Shown here: one piece after another, positions 8,639 to 18,427 of the stretch
How the letters are laid out: each line of letters starts with the position of its first letter
Position numbering within the stretch: the stretch's first letter is position 1
Assembly (NCBI RefSeq): GCF_001457595.1
Contig: NZ_LN831039.1
Coordinates: forward strand, 570,001-602,000
DNA length: 32,000 bases
Direction of reading: 5' to 3'
Origin: Mycolicibacterium smegmatis
Lineage (GTDB): Bacteria; Actinomycetota; Actinomycetes; Mycobacteriales; Mycobacteriaceae
The notes under the pieces: model-generated
Database searches by the model: none
Seen by the model: the letters and a program-made list of their open reading frames with translations, nothing else
Told to the model about the DNA's origin: nothing
Made by a program: the position numbers and the translations under genes

Positions 8639-9532
8639 CTACGCCTCGGACGACTTCCGTGCGCTCGCGGCACGGCTGCCCTGTTCGCCGCCCTCATGCC
8701 AGTTCGCCAGCAGGCGCAGTGCCGTTTCGTCGGGGGAGCCGGGTTCGGTGGTGTAGATGAACAACGTCTGATCCGGATCACCGGACGGGTTGAGAGCCTG
8801 GTAGGTGACGGCGAGGTCGCCGACGAGGGGGTGGTGGTACGCCTTGGTGCCGACGGTGCGTTGTTTCACGGTGTGGTCGGACCACCACGACCGGAACTCT
8901 TCGGACCTGATCGAGAGTTCGCCGACCAGGGCTGACAACTTGTCGTCGTCGGGGTAGCGCCCGGCGTCCAGGCGCAGCATCGCCACGGTGTCGGCCGCCA
9001 CCTCGTCCCAGTCGGTGTAGAGCTCACGTGCGTGCGGGTCGAAGAACACGAACCGGGCCTGATTGCGTTGGGGCGCGGGCAATTCACGGAATTCGGTGAT
9101 CAACGCGCCCGCCAACCGGTTGTGTGCCAGCACGTCGAGGCGTCGGCCCAATACGAACGCCGGGGAGTGTGACTGGTCGAGCAGTTCGAGCAGACGCAAC
9201 GTCACCGGATCGACCATCTGCGGCTTGCTGCGGCGTTTGCGTTGTGCGGGCTGCGGTTTGGCGAGGGTATGCAAGTGGGCCCGTTCGGCATCGTCGAGCT
9301 GTAAAGCCGCGGCCAGTGCGTCGAGCACGTCGGCTGAGGCGCTGCGGCTACGCCCCTGCTCGAGTCGTGTGTAGTAGTCGACGCTCACGCCGGCGAGCAG
9401 GGCGAGCTCCTCGCGGCGCAGGCCCGGCACACGGCGACGTGTGCCGGGCTGTTCGAGACCGACCTCCTCCGGGGTCAGGCGGGCGCGTCGAGCGCTCAGG
9501 AACTCGGCGAGCTCAGTCTTCCGATCGCTCAT
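8639..9532 (-). CDS. XRE-family HTH regulator with MmyB-like ligand-binding domain
   Basis: N-terminal HTH (LRREELALLAGVSVDYYTRLEQGRSRSASADVLDALAAALQLDDAER) and C-terminal MmyB-like region; likely start MSDRKTELAEFL at 9532. Confidence 0.88.
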   Translation of the reverse strand: MSDRKTELAEFLSARRARLTPEEVGLEQPGTRRRVPGLRREELALLAGVSVDYYTRLEQGRSRSASADVLDALAAALQLDDAERAHLHTLAKPQPAQRKRRSKPQMVDPVTLRLLELLDQSHSPAFVLGRRLDVLAHNRLAGALITEFRELPAPQRNQARFVFFDPHARELYTDWDEVAADTVAMLRLDAGRYPDDDKLSALVGELSIRSEEFRSWWSDHTVKQRTVGTKAYHHPLVGDLAVTYQALNPSGDPDQTLFIYTTEPGSPDETALRLLANWHEGGEQGSRAASARKSSEA

Positions 9533-9561
9533 CTGGCCAGTCTGCCCGGACCGATCCCAAA

Positions 9562-10386
9562 TCATGCAAGGTGCGCGGTCGCCAGGGACTTCTTCTCCCA
9601 CGCGGTTACGTCATCGGCCATCTGGGCGGCCTTGACCCGCCACCGCTCCACGGCGTCGCGGCCCAGCAGGAGGTGTCGCGGAAGTTTGTCCTCATTGGCG
9701 ACCTCGTAGATCAGGGCCGCGCCCTTGACCGGATCACCCAGCTGCGTGTGGTTGGCGTCGTCGACCCAGTCGAGTGTGTCGTGGGCGGGTGTTCCGTCGT
9801 AGGCGTCGATGCGGTTGGCCGGCATCGACAAAGACGACCCGTCGAGGAAGTCGGTGCGGAATACGCCGGGTTCGACGACCATGCTCTGGATGCCGAACGG
9901 CGCCAGTTCCGCGGACAGGGCCTCACTTATCCCCGCCACGGCGAACTTCGACGCGCTGTAGAGGCCCACACCGGGTTCACCTTCGAAACCCGAGCGCGAA
10001 CCGATGTGCACGAGCTTGCCCCCACCGGACGCCCGCATGTGGGGCAGCACCGCGCGCGTCACATTGATCAAGCCGAACACGTTGAGATCGAACAACGACC
10101 GCGCCTCGGCGTCGGTGACCTCTTCGAGCGCACCGAGCAGTCCACGCCCGGCGTTGTTGACCAGCACATCGATGCGGCCGAAGCGTTCGACGACGGCGGC
10201 GGCGGCCGAGATGTCGGCGTCATGTGTGACATCCAGGCGCACCGCGAATGCGCGCTCGGCGATGTCGGGGGGCAGCAGGTCCGGGTTGCGGACACCGACG
10301 GCGACGTCGGCGCCGTGGTCGAGCGCCGTGCGCGCGATCTGCGCGCCGAGTCCGCGGGATGCACCGGTGATGAACCAGACGGTCAT
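9562..10386 (-). CDS. Short-chain dehydrogenase/reductase
   Basis: ITGASRGLGAQIA, NNAG and YSASKFA motifs; ATG at 10386 preceded by AAAGGAG on the minus strand. Confidence 0.9.
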   Translation of the reverse strand: MTVWFITGASRGLGAQIARTALDHGADVAVGVRNPDLLPPDIAERAFAVRLDVTHDADISAAAAVVERFGRIDVLVNNAGRGLLGALEEVTDAEARSLFDLNVFGLINVTRAVLPHMRASGGGKLVHIGSRSGFEGEPGVGLYSASKFAVAGISEALSAELAPFGIQSMVVEPGVFRTDFLDGSSLSMPANRIDAYDGTPAHDTLDWVDDANHTQLGDPVKGAALIYEVANEDKLPRHLLLGRDAVERWRVKAAQMADDVTAWEKKSLATAHLA

Positions 10387-10480
10387 GGGTTTCTCCTTTC
10401 GCAAAGGCGGAGGTTCCGCTTGTCTTCAGTCAACGCGGCGCGGCAGCGGGAAACGGTGGCCATCCGCGCCCAACGTATCC

Positions 10481-10497
10481 GGGGACAACGTGTCCCC
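10481..10497. promoter_or_regulatory. Inverted repeat GGGGACA-ACG-TGTCCCC in the divergent SDR/GMC intergenic region
   Basis: Perfect 7-bp arms with a 3-nt spacer, overlapping direct repeats CAACGTATCC (10471) and CAACGTGTCC (10486). Confidence 0.45.
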
Positions 10498-10541
10498 CCT
10501 TTTCGGAAAAACAGAGGAATCGGCCCGTCGGCCACGCGGAA

Positions 10542-10559
10542 GCTGTACGCTCGTACAGC
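10542..10559. promoter_or_regulatory. Candidate operator GCTGTACG-CT-CGTACAGC upstream of GMC oxidoreductase
   Basis: Perfect 8-bp arms with a 2-nt spacer, ending 39 nt before the GTG at 10599; resembles the site at 12231-12258. Confidence 0.65.
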
Positions 10560-10598
10560 ACTGCTTCAGTTGGAACCGATCAGCAGAGGGATCGCCGC

Positions 10599-12197
10599 GT
10601 GACCAGCTACGACTACATCATCGCCGGGGCCGGATCGGCCGGATGCGTGCTCGCCAACCGGCTCTCGGAGGACCCGAGGATCAAGGTGCTGCTGCTCGAG
10701 GCCGGCGGTTCGGACCGCAATCCACTGTTCAGCATCCCCAAGGGCTCCGGAAAGCTGTTCGACAGCGAGAAGCACATCTGGCATTACTCCACGGAGCCGT
10801 TCGGGCCCAACCCTCATGCCGAGCAGTGGATGCGCGGCAAGGTGCTCGGCGGGTCGAGTTCGATCAACGGCATGATCTACAACCGGGGTACGCGTGCCGA
10901 TTACGACGGCCTCGAACGCCTCGGCAACAAAGGGTGGGGATGGGACGACATCCTGCCGATCTTCAAACGGTTCGAGGACAACGAGTTCGGGCCGTCGGCC
11001 ACACGCGGCATCGGTGGGCCGCTGCACATCTCGATTCCACGTGATCCCGACCCGTTGTGCGAGGAGATGCTGGCGGCCGCCGAGGCGTCAGGGCTGACCC
11101 GCGTACAAGACATCAACGAGCATGACACCGAACGCATCGGCTACGCGACATCGACGATCAGGAACGGACGCCGTGTCAGCGCGGCCACGGCCTTCCTCAA
11201 GCCCGCCCTCGGCAGGCCAAACCTGACGGTGCGCACCAGCGCCACCGTCGGTCGCATCCTGTTCGAGGGCACCAGGGCAGTCGGTGTCGACGTCACCGGT
11301 ACGAGCGGAACTACGCAGGTACGCGCGTCGCGAGAGGTGATCGTCTCCCTCGGAAGTCTCAACAGTCCGGTGCTGCTGCAACTTTCGGGGATCGGTCCTC
11401 GTGAGGTGCTCCGATCTGCGGGCGTCCAGGTATTCATCGAACATGACAGGGTGGGACGCGGGCTGCGCGAACACCGCTGCGCCACACTACGGTTCGACCT
11501 CATCGAAGATCTCGGCTACAACAAGCAGCTGGCCTCCAGCGTCGCGCAGGCACTCACCGGCCTGCGTTACCTGGCCACCCGCAGGGGACCGCTCGGCGCG
11601 CCGTCCTTCGACATCGTGGGATTCGTCAAGACCCGGGCCGACGTCGATCGGCCCGACGGACAGATCATGATGGGGCCGTATACCTTGCCGCCGTACAACG
11701 TCGGTGAACCCGTCACCATCCAACGGCAGGCCGGGCTGTCGTGCTTGGGGATGGTGCTGCGCCCCACGTCGGAAGGTGCACTGGAGATCACCTCGTCGGG
11801 GCCACGCCCGTCGGTGCGGATCGAGCCCAACTACCTGGGCTCCGAGCACGACCGCACGGCCACGGCGGACCTGTTGCGCCGGATGCGTGCGGTCTTCGCA
11901 GAGTCGCCGATCGCCGAGCGGATCAGCCACGAAACGTTCCCGGGACCCGGGGTGGCCACCGACGACGAACTCGTCGATTCCGCGCTCGACGGCGGATACT
12001 GCGGCTACCACGCCGTCGGCACGTGCGCGATGGGACCCGGTGACGACGCCGTGGTCGACGACCGGCTCCGGGTCCGCGGCGTCGACGGACTGCGTGTCGT
12101 CGACTGCTCGGTGCTGCCGACCATGGTCGCGGGCAACCTCAACGGGCCGATCATGGCGGTGGCCTGGCGGGCAGCGGATTTCATCCTGGACAGGTGA
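10599..12197 (+). CDS. GMC-family FAD oxidoreductase (choline/alcohol dehydrogenase-like)
   Basis: YIIAGAGSAGCVLANRLSEDPRIKVLLLEAGG, the GGSSSINGMIYNRG segment, and C-terminal GYHAVGTCAMG...VVDCSVLPTMVAGNLNGPIMAVAWRAAD. Confidence 0.93.
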   Translation: MTSYDYIIAGAGSAGCVLANRLSEDPRIKVLLLEAGGSDRNPLFSIPKGSGKLFDSEKHIWHYSTEPFGPNPHAEQWMRGKVLGGSSSINGMIYNRGTRADYDGLERLGNKGWGWDDILPIFKRFEDNEFGPSATRGIGGPLHISIPRDPDPLCEEMLAAAEASGLTRVQDINEHDTERIGYATSTIRNGRRVSAATAFLKPALGRPNLTVRTSATVGRILFEGTRAVGVDVTGTSGTTQVRASREVIVSLGSLNSPVLLQLSGIGPREVLRSAGVQVFIEHDRVGRGLREHRCATLRFDLIEDLGYNKQLASSVAQALTGLRYLATRRGPLGAPSFDIVGFVKTRADVDRPDGQIMMGPYTLPPYNVGEPVTIQRQAGLSCLGMVLRPTSEGALEITSSGPRPSVRIEPNYLGSEHDRTATADLLRRMRAVFAESPIAERISHETFPGPGVATDDELVDSALDGGYCGYHAVGTCAMGPGDDAVVDDRLRVRGVDGLRVVDCSVLPTMVAGNLNGPIMAVAWRAADFILDR

Positions 12198-12230
12198 CGG
12201 AGTGGTCCGCCCCCTTGTGTCACACCCTGC

Positions 12231-12258
12231 GCACTGCTATACATCTGTACAGCAGTGC
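12231..12258. promoter_or_regulatory. Candidate operator GCACTGCTATACA-TC-TGTACAGCAGTGC upstream of the SDR/LLM genes
   Basis: 13-bp arms with one mismatch and a 2-nt spacer, within the 82-bp intergenic region 12198-12279. Confidence 0.72.
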
Positions 12259-12279
12259 GGTCGACGCTGAGGGAGCGCA

Positions 12280-13023
12280 GTGAGCCGAGTAGCAGCAGTG
12301 ACCGGTGCAGGGTCCGGCGTCGGCCGGGCGACAGCCCTGCAACTCGCCCGCGACGGACATCGCGTCGCCGTGATGGACCTCGACGGACAAGCCGCGGAAG
12401 AGGCCGCCGCCAAGATCGAGTCGCACGGGGGCAGGGCGCTCGCGGTCGCGGTCGACGTCGCCGACGAATCCGCGGTCGCCGCGGGTTTCGAGGCCGCGCG
12501 TCAGGCGTTCGGCCCGATCGGGATTGTCGTCACCAGTGCTGCAATGGGCGGCTTCACGCGGTTCGACAAGATCACCCTCGACGAGTGGAACCGTTATCTG
12601 GCGGTCAACCTCACCGGCACGTTCCTCTGCATCCGGGCAGCACTGCCGGACATGGTGAAAGCGCAATGGGGGCGCATCGTCACCATCTCCTCGGCGGCCG
12701 GGCAGCGCGGCGCTCCCGCGCAGGGACACTACTCGGCAACCAAGGGTGGCGTGATCGCCATGACGAAGACGCTCGCACTCGACTATGCGGCAAAAGGCAT
12801 CACGGCCAACACCATCCCGCCGTTCGTCATCGACACACCGATGTTGCGCGAACAACAGGCGGCCGGCCTGCTGCCGCAGGCGGAACACCTGACCAAGGCG
12901 ATCCCGGCGGGCCGCCTCGGCAGCGGCGACGACGTGGCCGCGATGTGTTCATTCCTGTGCTCGGACGCCGCCGGGTACGTGACCGGGCAGGTGATCGGCG
13001 TCAACGGCGGCGCGGTCCTCTGA
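12280..13023 (+). CDS. SDR-family oxidoreductase (FabG-like)
   Basis: VTGAGSGVGRATALQLA, YSATKGGVIAMTKTLALDYA and C-terminal YVTGQVIGVNGG motifs; GTG start behind a purine-rich GAGGGA. Confidence 0.92.
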   Translation: MSRVAAVTGAGSGVGRATALQLARDGHRVAVMDLDGQAAEEAAAKIESHGGRALAVAVDVADESAVAAGFEAARQAFGPIGIVVTSAAMGGFTRFDKITLDEWNRYLAVNLTGTFLCIRAALPDMVKAQWGRIVTISSAAGQRGAPAQGHYSATKGGVIAMTKTLALDYAAKGITANTIPPFVIDTPMLREQQAAGLLPQAEHLTKAIPAGRLGSGDDVAAMCSFLCSDAAGYVTGQVIGVNGGAVL

Positions 13024-13046
13024 ACAAAGCGACAGGCGGAACACAG

Positions 13047-13973
13047 ATGCGGATCGGACTGTCCGGCGGTGCGGCGAACGTCGACGACATCGTGCGGCAG
13101 GCGCAGCGGGCCGAGGAGGACGGCTTCTCGTCGCTGTGGTACGCCAGTGGCGTCGCGGGTGACCCGCTCACCGCGATGGCCATCGCCGGACGCGCGACCA
13201 CGTCGATCGAACTCGGTACTGCTGTGCTGCAGACATATCCGTGCCATCCCCTCCTGCAGGCCAACCGCGTCGCCGCGGCCGCCAACGCCATGGGCAGGCC
13301 CGGTCTCACCCTTGGACTCGGCCCGTCACACGAGCCGGTGGTCCGCGGAGTGCTCGGGTTGAGCTACGACAGGCCGGGCACCAACGCCGAGGAGTACCTG
13401 CGCATCGTGTCGGCGCTGTTGCGCGGGGAAACCGTGGATCACGACGGTCGCGAGTGGACTGCGCACAGCGACGGGCGGATGGTTGCCGTGGATCACCGTG
13501 TCCCGATTCTGCTTTCGGCACTGTCACCACGAATGCTGCGTATCGCCGGCACCTTTGCCGACGGTGTCGTGCTGTGGATGGCCTCGGCAGAGGCGATCCG
13601 TTCGCACATCGTCCCGAAGCTGACGGTCGCCGCGACAGCAGCCGGACGGCCCGCGCCGCGCGTGGTGGCCGGGCTTCCGGTCGTGGTGCACGATGACCCC
13701 GTGGCGGCACGGGCCGCGGTGGACGCCGCATCGACGTCGTATGCCTCGATGACCAACTACCGGCGCATCATCGAGGCGGGCGGAGGATCCGCGGCAGGCG
13801 ATGTCGCGGTGTCCGGCGACGAGACCGCCGTGCAGACCAAGTTGCGTGAACTGCTGGACGCCGGTGCCACCGACATCTGGGCGCAGCCTGTCGCCGTCGG
13901 AACTGATCGAGCGGAACGCGTTGCGTCTCTGCGACGTACGAGGGCATTGCTGCGGGAGCTGGCCCGCGCGTGA
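13047..13973 (+). CDS. LLM-class, probably F420-dependent, oxidoreductase
   Basis: In the 12255-13973 frame; the true product begins MRIGLSGGAANVDDIVRQAQRAEEDGFSSLWYASG. Contains LGTAVLQTYPCHPLLQANRVAAAANAMGRPGLTLGLGPSH. Confidence 0.87.
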   Translation: MRIGLSGGAANVDDIVRQAQRAEEDGFSSLWYASGVAGDPLTAMAIAGRATTSIELGTAVLQTYPCHPLLQANRVAAAANAMGRPGLTLGLGPSHEPVVRGVLGLSYDRPGTNAEEYLRIVSALLRGETVDHDGREWTAHSDGRMVAVDHRVPILLSALSPRMLRIAGTFADGVVLWMASAEAIRSHIVPKLTVAATAAGRPAPRVVAGLPVVVHDDPVAARAAVDAASTSYASMTNYRRIIEAGGGSAAGDVAVSGDETAVQTKLRELLDAGATDIWAQPVAVGTDRAERVASLRRTRALLRELARA

Positions 13974-14017
13974 TCGTCAGGACCGGGGGGGCTCACGAGA
14001 CCTTGCAGCCAGGCGCG

Positions 14018-17000
14018 TTAGTAGCGCTGCGGCGCAACCGAGTTGATCGCCTCCTGCAGGAAATCGGCCGGCACCTCGGGCCACTCGGACGACCACCGGC
14101 CTGCCTCCTGGTCGGCGCATAGCTCGATGAGCGTGGCAACCACCTGGGGTCCGCCGTCGACCAGATAGCGCAACATCTGCAACTGTGCGCACTGCGCGGC
14201 AACCGTGGCCACCATGGCCTTTGCCTCCGCGGTGCGGCCGTCGGCGGCCAGGCACGCACCCAGCAGGCGGCGGGCGCGCAGCAGCGCCTGTGGACGGTTG
14301 AGTGCCGAGAGCCGGTCCACCCACTCGCCGGCCCAGCGGCATGCGAGATCGCGTGCGGCCGGGTCGTCCTGGGCCATGAGCCGCCGGATGGCCGACGCCT
14401 CCTCGAACTGCAGCGCGATGGCATCCATGGCGTCGACGGGCTCCCGGCGCGCGTCGTAGGACACCACGGGCATCGGCCCGAACTCCGGGTGGGGTGGAAG
14501 GCCCAGCCGGATCCGTTCATGTTCGGCGAGTGTCTGCAGGCGGTTCAACGACAGGCTGCGGGCCACCCGCGTGGCCTCGTCGAGTCGCTGGGCGGCACCC
14601 AGACGATCCCCCTGCAGGGCCTTGATCCGCGCACTGATCACGTACCTGGCGATCTTGAAGTCGACGGACCCGCCTTCGGGGCCGAGCTTGTAGCCTTCGT
14701 CGAGCAGCCGCTCGGCTTCGGCCAGATTGCCCTTCTCGTAGAGGATTTCGCCGAGCAGCGAACTTGCGAGGCGGCCGGCGTACGAGTGGGTGCCGCCGGA
14801 CCTCTTCGCGATCCGCAGCGCCCGCCGCAGCGTCTGCTCGGCCACGGTGTTGTTGAGCATCAGGTGGTGCGCGATGCCGCTGAAGCACAGGCCGTTGACG
14901 ATGCTGAACGAGTCGCCGCTGCGCTCGTAGTACGGGGCCGCCCATGTCTGGATCCGCTCGACCTCGTCGAGGTCGTAGCGGTATGCCGCGGCGAAGGTCG
15001 CCACGGTCGCCGCGGTGGCAACCGTGAACGGGGGCATGCGGTCGCGGCGCTGCAGGCACGCGGCGATGTGCTCATCGATTCCGCGCAGCCGGTCCGCCCG
15101 CAGATCCGCGATGGCACGCACGACGTCGACTTCGGCGCGCATATCGGCCGTCTCGTCGTCGGACAGGCCGGCGTCGCTCATCGTGGCCTCGACGCGGGAG
15201 AGCGCATCCCGGGCGGCCGGGACCCGGTGCAGCACGATGTTGGCCCAGGCCAACGCGAGTTGCAGGCGGGGATTCGACCGCACCTTGTCCTGGGGCAGCT
15301 TGGCGGTGAGCCCGATCAGGGTGGACATCTGCCCACCGGAGACCAGGTAGAGGCCGTCGTTCTCGACCAGGCGCACGGCCTCGGCCTCGTCACCCGCCGC
15401 GAGGGCGTGGTCGACCGCCTCACGCACCAGGCGCTGGTCGGCGTACCACCGGCACGCCCGCCGGTGCAGGTCGCAGACCCGTTCGCGGCTCAGCCGGTGC
15501 CGCAGGAAATCCCGGAACAACTGGTGGTAGCGGAACCATTGGTCGTCGATGCGGCGCAGGAAAAGATCACGCTCCTCGATCTTTTCGAGGATCGACTGCC
15601 CGTCGGGCACGTCGGTCAGCGCCGACGCCAGTCCGCCGCAGATGCGCTCGGGAATCGAGGTCGCCAACAGGAAATCGAGCGTCGAGGGCTCCAGGGTCTC
15701 CAGCACGTTCTCGGCGAGGAACTCGCTGATCACGTGGTGGCGGCCTGTCATCGTCTCGATGAGTTGCACGGGATCGTCACGGTCGCGCAGCGTCAGCGAC
15801 GCCAGTTGCAGTGCGGCGACCCACCCGTCGGTCTTCTCGGTGAGTTCTTCGACATCGGTCTGGTCGAGGTCCAACCCGGCGAGGTCGACCAGAAAACTTC
15901 CCGACTCTGAGACGTCGAAACGCAGTGCGGTGGCGTCGATCTCGACGATCTCACCCTGCATGCGCATGCGGCTCATCGGCAGCCCGCTCTGTGTGCGGCT
16001 GGTGACCACCACGGTCAGACCCGATGCGACGTTGTCGAGCAGGTACCGCAGCGCGGCGATGGTCGCGGGATCGGTGACCCGGTGCCAGTCGTCGATCACC
16101 AGGGTCATCCGCCGGCCGCTGGAGTGGATGTCGTTGATCAGCGAGGTCAGCACATAGCGCTCGGCGTCGTCGCCGTGTTCTTCAAGAACGTCGCCCAGAT
16201 CCGACGCCAGTGCGGGCATGACCGAGCGGATCGCCTCGATCACGTGCGACAGGAACCAGACCACGTTGTTGTCGTCGTCGTCAACGGTCAGCCAGGCGAC
16301 CGCGACGCCGTCGGCCGCCAGCTGTTTGGCCCACTGCACGGCGAGGGTGCTCTTGCCGAATCCGGTCGGACCGTGGATCACCGTGAGCTTCTTGTCGCGT
16401 TGCGCGCGCAGCACGTCGATCAGGCGTGCCCGCTCGACCAGACGCTTCGCCGAGGACGGCATCTGGAAGCGCGTGGCCGGTGCCGGCGGCGTCAGAGTGC
16501 GCACCGGATATCCACTCGACGGGGTAGGGGACGCAATCGAGCTGGGGCGGTCGGTCGGCGGCGCGATGGGGATCGGCATGTCATCGACCGGTAGGCCGTG
16601 GCGCCGCTGCAGTTCCCGCAACTGCTCACCGAAGGCCTGTGCACTCTCCGGACGATCCGAGATCGTGCGGGACATGGCCTGTTCGATCGCGGCGCTGAGG
16701 TCTGCGGGCAGATCGGCGTCGCGCAGGTTCGGGGCGGGATGTCTGGTGATGCGCAGGAACTGCGCGACCATCTGCTCGCCTTTGCCGCGCTCGAACACCG
16801 CGTGGCCGGTACTCGCGGTGAACACCGTCGACGCCAGGCTGTACACATCTGAAGCGACGGTGGGTGATTCGCCGAGAAGCACCTCGGGCGCGGTGTAGGC
16901 GGGCGAGCCCATGATCGCGCCTTCTGCCGTCTCGAAACCGCCGGCGATGCGCGCGATGCCGAAATCGGTGAGTTGAGGCTCGCCGTACTCGGTGAGCAGG

Positions 17001-17464
17001 ATGTTGGCCGGTTTGACGTCGCGGTGCAGGGTGTCGCGCTGGTGCGCGGTCTCCAACGCCCCGGCCATCTTCACGCCGATGCGCAGCGCACCGCGCCATC
17101 CGAGCGGCCCGGCTGCCTGGATCTTGGCGCTGAGCGACCCGTGCGGGTGGTACTGCATCACGATGTACGGCCTGCCGCTCGCGATGGTGCCGACCTGAAA
17201 GATGTTGACGATGTTCGGATGTCCCGACAGCTTGCCCATCGCGACCTGTTCGCGCATGAACCGTTCGAGGTTGTCGGGTTCGAGGTCGGTCGTCAAAACC
17301 TTGACCGCGACCGTGCGATCGAGCGCGCGCTGGACACAGCGGTAGACCACCCCGAAGCCGCCGCGCCCGATTTCGTCGGGGTCCTCGAAACCGGCCGCCA
17401 CGAGTTCCGCCGGGATCCCGGCGGGCAGGTCCCGCTGCGTGGGCAACGGGTCGTTGCGGACCAT
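14018..17464 (-). CDS. pknK: PknK: Ser/Thr protein kinase with MalT-like AAA/STAND ATPase and TPR-like region
   Basis: 1148 aa: GRGGFGVVYR, VAVKVL, LHRDVKPANILL, LTDFG, APE; then P-loop GPTGFGKSTLAVQWAKQLA and LVIDDWH; long helical repeat tail. Confidence 0.92.
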   Translation of the reverse strand: MVRNDPLPTQRDLPAGIPAELVAAGFEDPDEIGRGGFGVVYRCVQRALDRTVAVKVLTTDLEPDNLERFMREQVAMGKLSGHPNIVNIFQVGTIASGRPYIVMQYHPHGSLSAKIQAAGPLGWRGALRIGVKMAGALETAHQRDTLHRDVKPANILLTEYGEPQLTDFGIARIAGGFETAEGAIMGSPAYTAPEVLLGESPTVASDVYSLASTVFTASTGHAVFERGKGEQMVAQFLRITRHPAPNLRDADLPADLSAAIEQAMSRTISDRPESAQAFGEQLRELQRRHGLPVDDMPIPIAPPTDRPSSIASPTPSSGYPVRTLTPPAPATRFQMPSSAKRLVERARLIDVLRAQRDKKLTVIHGPTGFGKSTLAVQWAKQLAADGVAVAWLTVDDDDNNVVWFLSHVIEAIRSVMPALASDLGDVLEEHGDDAERYVLTSLINDIHSSGRRMTLVIDDWHRVTDPATIAALRYLLDNVASGLTVVVTSRTQSGLPMSRMRMQGEIVEIDATALRFDVSESGSFLVDLAGLDLDQTDVEELTEKTDGWVAALQLASLTLRDRDDPVQLIETMTGRHHVISEFLAENVLETLEPSTLDFLLATSIPERICGGLASALTDVPDGQSILEKIEERDLFLRRIDDQWFRYHQLFRDFLRHRLSRERVCDLHRRACRWYADQRLVREAVDHALAAGDEAEAVRLVENDGLYLVSGGQMSTLIGLTAKLPQDKVRSNPRLQLALAWANIVLHRVPAARDALSRVEATMSDAGLSDDETADMRAEVDVVRAIADLRADRLRGIDEHIAACLQRRDRMPPFTVATAATVATFAAAYRYDLDEVERIQTWAAPYYERSGDSFSIVNGLCFSGIAHHLMLNNTVAEQTLRRALRIAKRSGGTHSYAGRLASSLLGEILYEKGNLAEAERLLDEGYKLGPEGGSVDFKIARYVISARIKALQGDRLGAAQRLDEATRVARSLSLNRLQTLAEHERIRLGLPPHPEFGPMPVVSYDARREPVDAMDAIALQFEEASAIRRLMAQDDPAARDLACRWAGEWVDRLSALNRPQALLRARRLLGACLAADGRTAEAKAMVATVAAQCAQLQMLRYLVDGGPQVVATLIELCADQEAGRWSSEWPEVPADFLQEAINSVAPQRY

Positions 17465-17542
17465 CGTTCGCCTCGAAACTTTGCTGGCACCATGGCAGCA
17501 GGTCAGCCACCGACCCGAGCATAACGCCGGCGTTGCCGGCAG

Positions 17543-18280
17543 GTGGGGTTCTCGGACTACGCGAAGATCAGGCTGGGATCAGGCCGTCATGAGGTACTCG
17601 GCACGTCCGACGAAGACGATGCCCGAAGGCTTCGGCGCCGTTGCCGCGTGCACGACCGCCGAAGCGAACTCGGCTTCGGGCTCCCTGCGCTGCCACAGGT
17701 CGGCGATCGTCATCTCGTCGAGCATGGCGCCGGACACCACGGTGAAATGCACACCGTGGCGGTCGAACTCGGGCCGCATCGCATACAGCGCGGTCTCGCC
17801 TGCACGCTTGCTCGCCGCGATCGGGCCGTACCCCTTGGGCACCGCCTTGTGCGGAAAGAAATGCGCCTGATGGCTGGTGACGAACACGATGTGACCACCG
17901 GCGGGCATCAACGGCAACGCGAGACGGGCCAGCCGGCGCTGCGCATCGCGGTTGAGGCGCATGGCATGCCTCGGGTCGAGACCGACGCGGGGACCGCCGA
18001 GCGCGGTGAGAACCAGGGCGTCGAGCCGGCCGAACCGGCGACCGATGTCGTCGATCATCGCGGCCGTCGATGCCTCGTCGGCGATGTCGGCGCGGATCGT
18101 GGACGCCTGGCCGCCCGCGGCGCGGATGGTCTCAGCGATGCCTTCGGCGCGCTCGGCGTTGGCGCGGTAGTTGACGATGGAATGGGTACCGGAGGCAGCG
18201 AGCCGATGTGCGACCTCGGCGCCGATGCCCCGCGAGGCTCCGGTTATCAGGGCGACCCGTGCGGTGGTGTCCTGCTGCAT
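17543..18280 (-). CDS. SDR-family oxidoreductase
   Basis: VALITGASRGIGAEVAHRLAASG, VTSHQAHFF...GYGPIAASKRAGE; RBS GGAAGG before the ATG on the minus strand. Confidence 0.85.
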
Positions 18281-18427
18281 ATCGGGTTCCTTCCGTCACT
18301 GCCGATGCGGCCGTCGATCATGACCGCCATGAACGTCAATCGTACGCCTCTAATAAGAAAAATAAGAGTAACTTAAGGTCACGATAAGGCAAAGGAAGGT
18401 GCCCGGCCGGAGCTTTTCGCGTCGAAA

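Noticed and set aside
12255-13046. N-terminal extension of the 572-aa ORF covering the SDR gene
   Set aside because: Arg-rich out-of-frame translation of the SDR; the real LLM protein starts at 13047 with MRIGLSGG.
14489-15910. 473-aa plus-strand ORF inside pknK
   Set aside because: Shadow of the pknK coding strand; no recognisable motif. Other shadow ORFs within pknK (15549-16157, 16626-17522) were rejected on the same basis.
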